Shown: positions 27,069 to 36,171 of the stretch, piece by piece
Layout: each line of letters begins with the position of its first letter
Position numbering within the stretch: position 1 is the first letter of the stretch
Sequence record: MK905543.1
DNA length: 40,000 nucleotides
DNA from: Vibrio phage USC-1
Reading direction: 5' to 3' (one strand)
The notes under the pieces: model-generated
Seen by the model: the letters and a program-made list of their open reading frames with translations, nothing else
Databases searched by the model: none
Told to the model about the DNA's origin: nothing
Program-made: the position numbers and the translations under genes

Positions 27069-27786
27069 AAGCGCCTCTCAAAGTTTCCCGGAGTTCAACG
27101 ATATTAACCCCGTAGACTTCTTGGTATTGCTTCCGTAAATAGGTCGCACTACAAGAACCTACAGTAGTCGCCAAGTCTGTAATCTTAATACTTGGATTTT
27201 TGTGGAGTAACTCCTTAGCTAATTTCATCCTAGTATCCTTTCTCCATTCACGATAGGTTTTACCGTAATAGTGTTCAAACATTTCACTTAAGCTACGATC
27301 TGGTAAACCAAACTTCTTTTCTACATCGGCGTAATTGAAATTGACTTTGATGTTTTTAAGTAGGTAATTCAATATCTTCTCACGCAACTCATTAGGATAA
27401 TATCGGTCCATAGTTTCTTTAGAATAAGAATCCATGGTCGGAACCTCGAGGGAATCCGTGTAATCTTCACGAGGGTGTCGTTTAAAGTAAGCCTTGTACT
27501 CTTTGGTAAAAGATTGGAAGTGAGAATACCCAACGTGGGCTCCAGCTAGTGTAGGTCTGATGCCCGATTCTAGCAAAGCTTTGGCTTTAACTAAGCGTTT
27601 ACGTCGAAGATACTCACCCGGGGTGGTATTACGTTGTTCAGCAAACAAACGGTAGACATCCGGGATAAACACACCTAGTTGATGACTTAAGTCTTTGACC
27701 GTGACTTTTTCTAGGTAGTGTTCATTTATCCATTTGTCCAGATCTTCCATTAAACGAATTCTGGATTCTTTATCTACAGGGTACAT
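27061..27786 (-). CDS. Tandem AraC/XylS-type HTH protein (241 aa, two domains)
   Basis: TVKDLSHQLGVFIPDVYRLFAEQRNTTPGEYLRRKRLVKAKALLES..., then NYADVEKKFGLPDRSLSEMFEHYYGKTYREWRKDTRMKLAKELLHKNPSIKITDLATTVG.... Confidence 0.83.
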   Translation of the reverse strand: MYPVDKESRIRLMEDLDKWINEHYLEKVTVKDLSHQLGVFIPDVYRLFAEQRNTTPGEYLRRKRLVKAKALLESGIRPTLAGAHVGYSHFQSFTKEYKAYFKRHPREDYTDSLEVPTMDSYSKETMDRYYPNELREKILNYLLKNIKVNFNYADVEKKFGLPDRSLSEMFEHYYGKTYREWRKDTRMKLAKELLHKNPSIKITDLATTVGSCSATYLRKQYQEVYGVNIVELRETLRGACV

Positions 27787-28952
27787 AATTCAGTTTCCTT
27801 TATTTTACCCAGACGGATATCGTCTTCTCTAATACATAAGTCGGCGTTAGTTTTAACAAAGCGAACAAACTGCTTGGTTTTGTTACGACGAGTAAGTGGA
27901 CCTTTATGTTTACGGATCTCCGCAGGAGTCAGTCCGTAGTTAGCCATTAAGTGTCTTCTGATGTCGTATTCATAATCCGAACCAACCTTCCTTAAGATCT
28001 TAGAAAACTTCCAACGAGTGTTTTGTAAAAAGTACACCACTATTTCCAATCGGATGAATAAGCGCGCCTTACTAGGTAACATGCCTGTGTAAAGAGTAAA
28101 CATTCTTTCCCAAGAAGAAGTGTTTACTCCGTAAAATTCTCTCAGCTCAGTTAAGTGGGGACGATTTTCAAGCAGGTTTTCGGTAACGTTATCCACTATC
28201 TCTTCCATGAGGGAAGGGAGTATCCAGACGTTTTCACCATGGACTTTGGCCCACATACCGATAGATTTTGATTCACCAAATTCACTGGTAGTCATACCGT
28301 ACTTTGCTTTAAAAGCTTTATTAAGTCCAGTAGGGGCGTTGTAGATGGTCATTTCCAGTAAACGGGTTTCTTTATACCCGTGAGTTTTGATTTGCTCGGC
28401 AACGTACTCTAGTTGCTTATTTAACAAATAAGCCCTAGGAGTTACTCCGTGTAGTTCAATGAATTTCTGTCTAATGTAAGTGGTGGTGTAAACACTGTCG
28501 TTTATTAATACATTGACGTCTTTGTATAAGTACGGATTAAGGTCGATCTTTTCAACGATGGAGCTGATAACCGCATCGACTACACCTAAACTCGGTCTTT
28601 TTGATTTTAACCCCATGCGCGCACGGACCTTAGTAGGGCGCTCTCCAAAAACGGATAAATACCAAACGTAAAAGTTTGATGTTTTATCATACCCTAAGGT
28701 TTTAGCGATTTCTTCTAGTGAAAGTTCACCGTCAGAGACTAAACGCTTAGCTAAATCCTTACGTAACTCTTTCAAGTGATGTGTAGGGGTTTCTAAACCT
28801 TGATTTAGAAAACGCACAGTCAATACATCTGGGGCGATGTTTTGCATTTTTGCAATGTCGACGAATTTACGTTTTTCTTTATAATGCGCATTAATGTTCG
28901 CTATTGTGGTCAAAACGATTTCATCGTCGATTCCTAGTGTATCTATGGACAT
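27774..28952 (-). CDS. Triple AraC-like HTH protein (392 aa, three divergent domains)
   Basis: LSLEEIAKTLGYDKTSNFYVWYLSVFGERPTKVRAR; YIRQKFIELHGVTPRAYLLNKQLEYVAEQI...KAKYGMTTSEF; WERMFTLYTGMLPSKARLFIRLEIVVYFL...HLMANYGLTPAEIRKH. Confidence 0.8.
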   Translation of the reverse strand: MSIDTLGIDDEIVLTTIANINAHYKEKRKFVDIAKMQNIAPDVLTVRFLNQGLETPTHHLKELRKDLAKRLVSDGELSLEEIAKTLGYDKTSNFYVWYLSVFGERPTKVRARMGLKSKRPSLGVVDAVISSIVEKIDLNPYLYKDVNVLINDSVYTTTYIRQKFIELHGVTPRAYLLNKQLEYVAEQIKTHGYKETRLLEMTIYNAPTGLNKAFKAKYGMTTSEFGESKSIGMWAKVHGENVWILPSLMEEIVDNVTENLLENRPHLTELREFYGVNTSSWERMFTLYTGMLPSKARLFIRLEIVVYFLQNTRWKFSKILRKVGSDYEYDIRRHLMANYGLTPAEIRKHKGPLTRRNKTKQFVRFVKTNADLCIREDDIRLGKIKETELCTL

Positions 28953-28989
28953 AATAAATCCTTTAATGAATATTTAACAAACAACAATA

Positions 28990-29017
28990 ATCCTGCTTGC
29001 TGAAGAGCAAGCAGGAT
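28990..29017 (-). terminator. Terminator hairpin
   Basis: atcctgcttgct-gaag-agcaagcaggat, 12-bp stem followed on minus by tattgttgttt. Confidence 0.7.
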
Positions 29018-29023
29018 ACTGGT

Positions 29024-29803
29024 TTAAACAGCGAGACGATTGTCCCACTCTACAGGAATGCCTCCCGCTCGCTTATAGGCGTTCAGGAACGCTTCTCTAA
29101 CCGTCTTGGGTTTTACTTCTAGTCTAACTAAGACATGGTCTTGGTCAGCTTGTTTCAGCGCAGCAACGTGATGGGGTTCAGAAATGTCTTTAGGATCAAT
29201 TTCCACCCACCCGTCTTCTAATGCTACTTCCGCTCGACGACTAACTACTCGCTTAGCGTAGTAGTCACTCAGATCATCCCCCGTCACAACGCAAGACTTC
29301 AATAAATAAATAATGTCGTCTACGCTGACTTCCAACATATCCCCGTCGATACTGTTGATCAAATCATAACACCCATTTTGATTTGGGTAGATTTCTTGCC
29401 AGTACCAATCTTTGTTTCGGTGATCTACATAAAGTTCGTAGATCTTGCCTTCCCCATCCACAGCGTTCCCCAAGAACCCCGGCAAGATGTATAGCTCTAA
29501 ACCTTCCCACTTAATCACCTTACACACATACGGGGCGTGAACCACGTAGTCTTCGTAAGTCGGCAATAAGATTTCTTTAAAGTGCAATTCTTCCGCTAAG
29601 TCTACTAAATGAATAGGGAACCCTTCTACGAGCTTTGTTAAATGAGTTAACCATCCTTGAGCTCGTGTTAACCGAACTTGCTTTCGGCCCTTAACGGTAA
29701 AGCTAACGTTTTGTTGACGATAAGGTTTCCCTTTAGCAGTCACTATCATTCCGTGCAAATGATGTAAACTCGTATTATCAATTTGTTTTACTAATTCTTT
29801 CAT
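29024..29803 (-). CDS. Hypothetical protein (259 aa)
   Basis: Long ORF with own promoter-like motifs upstream. Confidence 0.72.
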   Translation of the reverse strand: MKELVKQIDNTSLHHLHGMIVTAKGKPYRQQNVSFTVKGRKQVRLTRAQGWLTHLTKLVEGFPIHLVDLAEELHFKEILLPTYEDYVVHAPYVCKVIKWEGLELYILPGFLGNAVDGEGKIYELYVDHRNKDWYWQEIYPNQNGCYDLINSIDGDMLEVSVDDIIYLLKSCVVTGDDLSDYYAKRVVSRRAEVALEDGWVEIDPKDISEPHHVAALKQADQDHVLVRLEVKPKTVREAFLNAYKRAGGIPVEWDNRLAV

Positions 29804-29863
29804 GTTGAATCTACTCCTACTAACGTTATTATCCTAATAACTTAAATGACTCAGTTTTATATC

Positions 29864-29882
29864 CCTTTGGTAATATAGAGAT
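29864..29882 (-). promoter_or_regulatory. Class-1 promoter-like motif (minus: ...TCTCTATATTACCAAAG)
   Basis: Shared TATATTAC core, 61 nt upstream of the 259-aa gene. Confidence 0.6.
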
Positions 29883-30098
29883 ATAATTCCTTTATCTGAT
29901 TACAGCAAGTTTATTACATGAACCTATACTCGTTATACGTAGTACACTCCTTTTATCGTGTTTACGTACTTCGTACTACAACACTCACCGTGACTATTCG
30001 TACCTCATAGATCACTCTAAGGAGTACTACTATAACTCGTATGTAAAAATAACCCTTTCCCATCCTTTTCAGGGGGTCTTCGACGGATTCTTTTTAGT

Positions 30099-30110
30099 AC
30101 ATATAATATA
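30099..30110 (-). promoter_or_regulatory. Class-2 motif (minus: TATATTATATGT)
   Basis: Shared core in a 330-nt intergenic gap. Confidence 0.45.
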
Positions 30111-30131
30111 TTATCCGTTAAGAAATAACTT

Positions 30132-30890
30132 TTAGAGTATGAAGTGAGTTTTAAGTCCGCTAAGTTCGTTATAAGTACCACGTAAAGTGACTACTTCTTG
30201 CCTTAGGGGAACACGAGTAATAATCAACTCAGTAGTCATGCAATCGGAATTGATGGTTGTAGGGTGGGTGATGGCGTGTTCTGACTTAAACCAGTTGAGC
30301 TTAGCACGAGGTTTCACCATGCGCATGAAAGCTTCAAGTTCTTTATCTGTTTTAGAAGGATCTAACCACATGTGTTGAGTAATGGTTTGTACCATGGCTT
30401 TGATACCCGGTTCGGTCAACACATTGAGCTTGAAGTTAAAGTGACGCTTACGGAACCAATCTTCATTTGCACGGTCCTTGAATAAACCCCAAGGAAGTTC
30501 CCAAGTGAGTTCATACCCATTACCTTCTCTGAATTCTAACTTGAATAAAAAGTCAGGATTCAGTTTATTGTAAGATTCCGTTATCGTAATGCTACTGCGT
30601 TTACGATTATGGTGTTCGATCGTGAACTGTCGGTTGTCGTAATTTGCCGGGGATATACGGAAGTGGTTTTTGTAAGCAAAGTTCCACGATTGGGCTCGGT
30701 CTTGGTGGAGTTGATTAGAGACATCGATAATCCATTGGAACGCATCATCGAAACTACGATAAGCGTACGCCAGTTTGGACATCATCTCTAAACGGGATTC
30801 AAAGGTATGGAGGGTTGTAGGTGGGTGAGGAATAGGCATGCCGTGTCGGTTATAACCCATGTGTAAAGTGAAAGGACATTGTTCGTTCAT
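30132..30890 (-). CDS. Hypothetical protein (252 aa)
   Basis: Long ORF; AAGGAAC-type RBS. Confidence 0.72.
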   Translation of the reverse strand: MNEQCPFTLHMGYNRHGMPIPHPPTTLHTFESRLEMMSKLAYAYRSFDDAFQWIIDVSNQLHQDRAQSWNFAYKNHFRISPANYDNRQFTIEHHNRKRSSITITESYNKLNPDFLFKLEFREGNGYELTWELPWGLFKDRANEDWFRKRHFNFKLNVLTEPGIKAMVQTITQHMWLDPSKTDKELEAFMRMVKPRAKLNWFKSEHAITHPTTINSDCMTTELIITRVPLRQEVVTLRGTYNELSGLKTHFIL

Positions 30891-30987
30891 AATACGTTCC
30901 TTAAGGCTCTAAGAGCTTAATTAAAAAGAGATTGGTATGATTTATCGGATGAAGCACTAGGAGGTCCTCTAAGGACCTCCTAGGAAC

Positions 30988-31941
30988 TTATATGACCATG
31001 AAAGAGATTTCACGGGTATGTATACTTCCCCACGGTATTAATGACTGATCAACGGTCATCACCCAAACGTTACCGTGAGGTGTTGGTTTGAAAGTTAACA
31101 GATCGTTGTTCGTGTTATGGTAGTGTTCCTTTAACACGCGACAAACTGGAGCATGATCGAAAGAACCCAATTCTTCGTAAACAATCTCCGTAATGTGTTT
31201 GTACCATTCCACACGATCTTCACGAGATGCAGGGACCAAGTAAGTTAGCTCATCTCCAGAAGGTAAAGGGATTACGAATCGCAAGGTAGGGTTACCATAT
31301 TGTTTTAATCCCATTTGTAAACGATCACCTTGGATGTGTGGGAAATCCAACAGAGGTTTACCTAGCTCACTTAAATGCGCCTGAGTAGCGATCTCGTGTT
31401 CTACGTATTTCTCTAGATCCCCAAGCGCTACCTTCGCCAACAACAAGTAAAGTTTTTCTCTTACGGACACTAGCAGTTCGTGGGGTTGATATATCAAGAT
31501 TGGATTAGGTTCAAATGACAAACTAGGAGTCAATTCACAGGGCATCGAGTAACGAATGTATTTTTCTTCCGTGTTCTTAGTTAGTCTTGTATCGAAATTG
31601 TAAGTTTCCGCTGCCTTTAGGAAGTTACGCATAATCGCACCTGAAACTCTTTTATTCCATGGATACGGAATGAGTTTTTCAAAGTCATGACCGTATTTTG
31701 GATTATAGTCGAATGTGAAGTCCCTTTGCTTGATATGTGTCATACCTTTAGTGGTGATTGTGATCGTATCACCTTCTTTCCAATAAAACGACAGCGACAC
31801 CCAAACACCATCGGGCATCTTTACTGCGTAAAGCTCATGCGTCATGGCTTTCGAGTAGTCATTCTTGATAATGGTAGGGATAGAATGTAGAGCGTGTTGA
31901 AATAAACCCTTTAAACCTAGGTTAATTAGTTTGGTATTCAT
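30988..31941 (-). CDS. Hypothetical protein (317 aa), candidate member of a divergent paralogous family
   Basis: MPDGVWVSLSFYWKEGDTITITTKGMTHIKQRDF region resembles segments in the following genes. Confidence 0.72.
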   Translation of the reverse strand: MNTKLINLGLKGLFQHALHSIPTIIKNDYSKAMTHELYAVKMPDGVWVSLSFYWKEGDTITITTKGMTHIKQRDFTFDYNPKYGHDFEKLIPYPWNKRVSGAIMRNFLKAAETYNFDTRLTKNTEEKYIRYSMPCELTPSLSFEPNPILIYQPHELLVSVREKLYLLLAKVALGDLEKYVEHEIATQAHLSELGKPLLDFPHIQGDRLQMGLKQYGNPTLRFVIPLPSGDELTYLVPASREDRVEWYKHITEIVYEELGSFDHAPVCRVLKEHYHNTNNDLLTFKPTPHGNVWVMTVDQSLIPWGSIHTREISFMVI

Positions 31942-32282
31942 GCTGCTTTCCTGTTCAGTAAGTAGTTAGTGATGACGCGTTTTAGGGGATCCAACCAAAA
32001 GGTCCCGCGATCTAAGTCGAACAATACCTGAGCTTCATGTTCTAAGTCAGGTGCGTTTAGTGTTAAGTTAAGTACTCGTTCTATGGATCCTGCCAGACCC
32101 TTACGGTCTAGCAGGCGTAATCCATTGTAACGGTGTACGATTTCGTTGATGATAAGGAGTAAGTCGTTACCTTCTAATTTTAAAGTAACCTTACCTTCGT
32201 GGGTTAAGACCTCACCTTTACCTTCGCTAATAGTTTGTTCTACTAACGACAAAGCCATTTCTTGGTAATTATGTTTTTCCAT
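31938..32282 (-). CDS. Hypothetical protein (114 aa)
   Basis: ATGA overlap with downstream 317-aa gene. Confidence 0.68.
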   Translation of the reverse strand: MEKHNYQEMALSLVEQTISEGKGEVLTHEGKVTLKLEGNDLLLIINEIVHRYNGLRLLDRKGLAGSIERVLNLTLNAPDLEHEAQVLFDLDRGTFWLDPLKRVITNYLLNRKAA

Positions 32283-32432
32283 TTTCCTTGGTCCAACTGA
32301 CGTTTAATTTATGTTATTTGCCCGGTACGAGTAGCACATGGATGTCTCTTGTGAAGAGATCTTTATCCAAGAACAAATTGATTTCATCTGTTTCTGAATT
32401 TTTATCTAGGTGACCGTAATGGGTTGGCTGAA

Positions 32433-33437
32433 TTAGATTTTAAGTGGTTTGGTTTCGATTTTAGTCGTGAATTCGAAAACACGTTTTTGGTGGTATGGTA
32501 ATAAATGCTCGTGTACGTTCACTAGAGCCGTTTCGTTGTCTTCATCGACTGATATACTACCATAATCATTATTAAGGGTTTCTAGCTCCTTACAGAGACG
32601 ATACGCCTCCTTTAAGTCGATGTGTCTGCTGAGTAAGAAAGTATGCTTCAAGTGTGTCACTAAATCCCTTACCCAATGTTGTCGAACTAAGTATTCTCGA
32701 GGAACTAGAAATTCCATTAACCCTTCACCGGTATCTAACACCAAGTAAATTAATTCACGACGGTATTCTAAGTAAAGTGTGTATTGAGTAACGTTACTTA
32801 TCGGGAGTTTGATAATACGCTCTCGCTTAGGTGTTAACCGAGGACCCGGTAGTGGCATCAGCATTAACCGCTCTAAAATGTCTGGGAGTTCGTATAACGC
32901 TTTGTTAAGTAGTGTCTTAGCCAAACACTCTCGTTGCACTACTACATGACCGTGAGCGGCGTAGTGCTCTGCTCCTCGAGTTATATGAGAAAGTAACGTG
33001 GTAGACATCGGACACATCCCTTCTTTCGTACTGATCTTTACTCCTTCGTCAGTAGGTTCTATGATAATGTCTTCTACTCCCAAATCCCCAGCTTGAACCA
33101 ACTCAATGAACGCATGGCGATGTAAGTCCCCAACTAACGAAAGGTTTTGGCGGTAAACCTTATCTTGGATGATGACGGTTGGCTCAACATACACCTCAGT
33201 AAATAAGTTACTTAAGTTTAAGTGACGTAAACCTTCGGTAACGATCGTACAACCATTACGTGTTCGTGCTACCGCTCTAATAAGCACCGTATCCATCCCC
33301 CAAGGAAGTTTAAACTTAGCGATAACTAAGTCTTCTCCTAACGGTTTTATTGCACTAACTCGAGGAGCGAGTTGTAACCACTCTTTGACTAACGAAGCCA
33401 AAGCTAATTGTAATTTAGATTTTGTTACTAAGTCCAT
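32433..33437 (-). CDS. Hypothetical protein (334 aa), candidate paralogous-family member
   Basis: DLVIAKFKLPWGMDTVLIRAVARTRNGCTIVTEGLRHLNLSN. Confidence 0.72.
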   Translation of the reverse strand: MDLVTKSKLQLALASLVKEWLQLAPRVSAIKPLGEDLVIAKFKLPWGMDTVLIRAVARTRNGCTIVTEGLRHLNLSNLFTEVYVEPTVIIQDKVYRQNLSLVGDLHRHAFIELVQAGDLGVEDIIIEPTDEGVKISTKEGMCPMSTTLLSHITRGAEHYAAHGHVVVQRECLAKTLLNKALYELPDILERLMLMPLPGPRLTPKRERIIKLPISNVTQYTLYLEYRRELIYLVLDTGEGLMEFLVPREYLVRQHWVRDLVTHLKHTFLLSRHIDLKEAYRLCKELETLNNDYGSISVDEDNETALVNVHEHLLPYHQKRVFEFTTKIETKPLKI

Positions 33438-33440
33438 GAT

Positions 33441-33911
33441 TTAAAACTCTCGTTTTTTGTTAATAGGAAAAGCTAGCCCGATATCTTGGATGGTTTTATG
33501 CATAACGGTAAAGTGTCTATCCGTTACTTCGAAGGTAAGCTCCGGTAGTAGTTCCGGCGTTTCTTTAGCTAAGTGGTGCAAAACGTCTAAGTAACCTTCA
33601 GATCGTCTTCTCAAAGCTTCATACGCTTCGTTGAATAACACTTCTTCGTTCATTACGTTTAAACAGATCCCAGTACGATCTACGTAAGCCATCCCTTCTA
33701 CGACCACCGTAAAGCTTACGGAGTCTACGGATAATGCTTTCACGACGATTTGTTTATCTTTATCCCAAGGCAACGCAATGCTCGCTATGACTTTATGTCC
33801 TTGGTGTTTGGTTTTTAAACGCTTAGCGTCCGTAAAGGTAGCGAGTTCTACCCAACCTAAGATCACTGGGATTAGTGCCTTACTTACTTTAACTCGATTT
33901 GCTGCATTCAT
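33441..33911 (-). CDS. Hypothetical protein (156 aa), candidate paralogous-family member
   Basis: HKVIASIALPWDKDKQIVVKALSVDSVSFTVVVEGMAYVDRTG. Confidence 0.7.
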   Translation of the reverse strand: MNAANRVKVSKALIPVILGWVELATFTDAKRLKTKHQGHKVIASIALPWDKDKQIVVKALSVDSVSFTVVVEGMAYVDRTGICLNVMNEEVLFNEAYEALRRRSEGYLDVLHHLAKETPELLPELTFEVTDRHFTVMHKTIQDIGLAFPINKKREF

Positions 33912-33928
33912 GGTAGTTACTCCTAGTC

Positions 33929-34321
33929 TTATAACTTAATAGGTGGTACGTTGTAATGTAAGATTAATTCATTATTGTGGATAATAGGTAAATCGATAAA
34001 GTCTAGTGCTCTACTACCTATAAAGCTAATTAAACTGTCCTTATCTAAATCCCCGAACGTATTTAACTCTACTCGTTCTCCTAATCCATAGTCTAACGTC
34101 ATATCACTATACCCTAGTTTAACTAACCCTACGGTACGTAACCTATAACGCTCTCCTATTCGCTCTAGGTGAACCTCTAAGCGATAATACGGTGGTTTTA
34201 ACTTATTACGGACCTCGTAAGTCTTAAGCAGTACTTTATGATCTCCTTCCTCTAGTACTAACCCTACTCCTAAATGTAACGCTCTACTTACTAATCCCGC
34301 TAATACTTCTTTTTCTTTCAT
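33929..34321 (-). CDS. Hypothetical protein (130 aa), candidate paralogous-family member
   Basis: DHKVLLKTYEVRNKLKPPYYRLEVHLERIGERYRLRTVGLVKLGYSD. Confidence 0.68.
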   Translation of the reverse strand: MKEKEVLAGLVSRALHLGVGLVLEEGDHKVLLKTYEVRNKLKPPYYRLEVHLERIGERYRLRTVGLVKLGYSDMTLDYGLGERVELNTFGDLDKDSLISFIGSRALDFIDLPIIHNNELILHYNVPPIKL

Positions 34322-34564
34322 GGTCTAATAACCTTAATTAACGTATAAATATTCAAAATGCAGTATAAACCCTAGTAGGACTCCTTAACGGATATCCTAC
34401 TATGCATCTATGCCTTCTTAACGTATGACTCTTTACCTTAACCACTTCACTCGTGATACTCGTTACGTTGTAAGGAAGTCATACTCTATAGTTAGATATA
34501 TTAATATATTAATATTAATTATCTTGGGCTTTGCCCGATTCTTTTTAACTAACTTTGAACCACT

Positions 34565-34594
34565 AACCTTGGAACCCTCTCAACCTTGGAACCC
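34565..34594. repeat. Short direct repeat, two copies of aaccttggaaccc
   Basis: 34565-34577 and 34582-34594, 17-nt period. Confidence 0.8.
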
Positions 34595-34681
34595 CTCTTT
34601 CTCCCCTTACGAAATTGCATTTTAGGGTGCAAAATCATAGGGAAAATCGTTCAAAAAAGTTAGGGTAAAAAGGTTTTTGTA

Positions 34682-34693
34682 ACATATAATACA
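34682..34693 (-). promoter_or_regulatory. Class-2 motif (minus: TGTATTATATGT)
   Basis: Shared core in a 390-nt intergenic gap. Confidence 0.45.
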
Positions 34694-34710
34694 TGTTACT
34701 TAGTTTTTAA

Positions 34711-35001
34711 TTACTTTTTAGGTTTCTTTAACCAACCTTTGAATTGATTAGATTGGTTTTTAATTAATAACTTATCATCGACCTCACTCTTATCGATCAC
34801 CTCCACTTTACAGTTATTACAAGTTTTATTTTCACCTTTAACCACTAAATAAGCGTTAACCATGCGGTACTTCTTACAATCAAATTCACCTGAAATGATG
34901 AATTTGTGATTAAGGTATTTATCCCCCTTTACGACCTCACAAAGATAATAAACCCGAGGATTAGAAAAACTACCTAACTCATAAATAAGTCCTTTAATCA
35001 C
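34711..35001 (-). CDS. Hypothetical AT-rich small protein (96 aa)
   Basis: ORF overlapping the neighbouring stop. KTCNNCKVEV CxxC motif. Confidence 0.62.
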   Translation of the reverse strand: MIKGLIYELGSFSNPRVYYLCEVVKGDKYLNHKFIISGEFDCKKYRMVNAYLVVKGENKTCNNCKVEVIDKSEVDDKLLIKNQSNQFKGWLKKPKK

Positions 35002-35617
35002 TTAGTGAGTTATCAACAGGTAGAGTCACCACATCTTTGACAAAGGATAAGCTAGTGCGCGTGATGCGATAGTAGGCTTTCCCTTTGGACTTCCCACGTC
35101 TAACTATAACCAGTTCCGTTCGTAAGTATTTGTCAAAGAAATATAAACCCGTGACTTGTTCTTTACTCAAGCGAGATCGAATATCCCAGAGATTAGAAGT
35201 TTTGACTGCCGATACACGGCTCGTTAGCTCTTGGTAATAATCGTTCAGGATAACGTCGGTGAGGTATTTCTTAAAGTAAGGTTCAAAAGCTTCATGTAAT
35301 AAAGTTTGAACTTCTTCGATCTCTTCTTTAGATTTAGGATCGAAACGAAATACAAAACCTTCACTTACCCCTTCCCCTAGAACGTTACACAATCCATAAA
35401 GGGAAAGTATGAGTTCATCACCTTCATTGAACAACGTACATTCACATTCTCGCTTTTCGTTGATGATGTTGAAAACCTTAATGTGGTTATGTTGGTCAAA
35501 ATCATGAGTCCTTAAATGAATAACCCGTTTGAGTTCCGTGGTTAAGTCCTTTAACAATAACAACAAATGAGTTCGGTTAATTAAACTTAAACCGTTTCCA
35601 GATCTCCGATTACACAT
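34994..35617 (-). CDS. Hypothetical protein (207 aa)
   Basis: AGGAGG RBS upstream. Confidence 0.72.
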   Translation of the reverse strand: MCNRRSGNGLSLINRTHLLLLLKDLTTELKRVIHLRTHDFDQHNHIKVFNIINEKRECECTLFNEGDELILSLYGLCNVLGEGVSEGFVFRFDPKSKEEIEEVQTLLHEAFEPYFKKYLTDVILNDYYQELTSRVSAVKTSNLWDIRSRLSKEQVTGLYFFDKYLRTELVIVRRGKSKGKAYYRITRTSLSFVKDVVTLPVDNSLSD

Positions 35618-36135
35618 TCTTTATATCCTCCTAATGGGGTTTGAAAACTGAAGACGAGTTCGTAACTACGTCCACCAAAGATTCGAATACGAGGTTGCAC
35701 AAAAGCAGAGAACGGGGTGTTAAGCGTTCCGTGTACTGCTTGGTAATGCGTGAGTTCCCCTGAATTCATAGAGTCTAATATTCGGTTAGGTATGTTCGCT
35801 TTAATCGTTTGGGTGAGGTTAAACTTTGCTGCTTTTACCTTCTTAGGTGATACGTGTTCTTTGAACGTATCTTTGAACGACTGTAACGCTAAGTCATCTT
35901 CTCTATGAAAATCGTACACTTGACCGTAAGCTCGGTGTTGTAACCAATCTACGTGAAGTCGGACTACTCCAGATTCTGTGATCTGGTAAGTGACATCCAG
36001 TTCATTAAAACGAACGACTTGCCCACAAGGTTGAGCTTTTAACCCTTCGTCGATTGCCTTAAACCTTTCTTCTAACCAAGGTTCGATGTTTTCGTAGAAT
36101 TGAAAGAATAACAAAGTCTCTATAAAGTGATTCAT
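35587..36135 (-). CDS. Hypothetical protein (182 aa, start MNHFIETL)
   Basis: AGGAG RBS directly upstream of the internal ATG at 36135; the ORF-track start at 36168 is less likely. Confidence 0.7.
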   Translation of the reverse strand: MNHFIETLLFFQFYENIEPWLEERFKAIDEGLKAQPCGQVVRFNELDVTYQITESGVVRLHVDWLQHRAYGQVYDFHREDDLALQSFKDTFKEHVSPKKVKAAKFNLTQTIKANIPNRILDSMNSGELTHYQAVHGTLNTPFSAFVQPRIRIFGGRSYELVFSFQTPLGGYKECVIGDLETV

Positions 36136-36171
36136 AATAAGCTCCTGACGTGTTATATGAAGATCCATCTA

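Noticed and set aside
32283-32432. Frameshifted extension of the 334-aa gene (~41 codons, NLIQPTHYGHLDKNSETDEINLFLDKDLFTRDIHVLLVPGK)
   Set aside because: Open alternative frame but no start codon or slippery site recognised; could be sequence decay. Insufficient support.
34565-34594. CRISPR-like repeat array
   Set aside because: Only two 13-nt copies separated by 4 nt; no spacer-repeat structure or cas genes.
34425-34625. Plus-strand 66-aa hydrophobic ORF
   Set aside because: Overlaps the AT-palindrome and the direct repeat. Frame appears fortuitous, though RNA-seq could test it.
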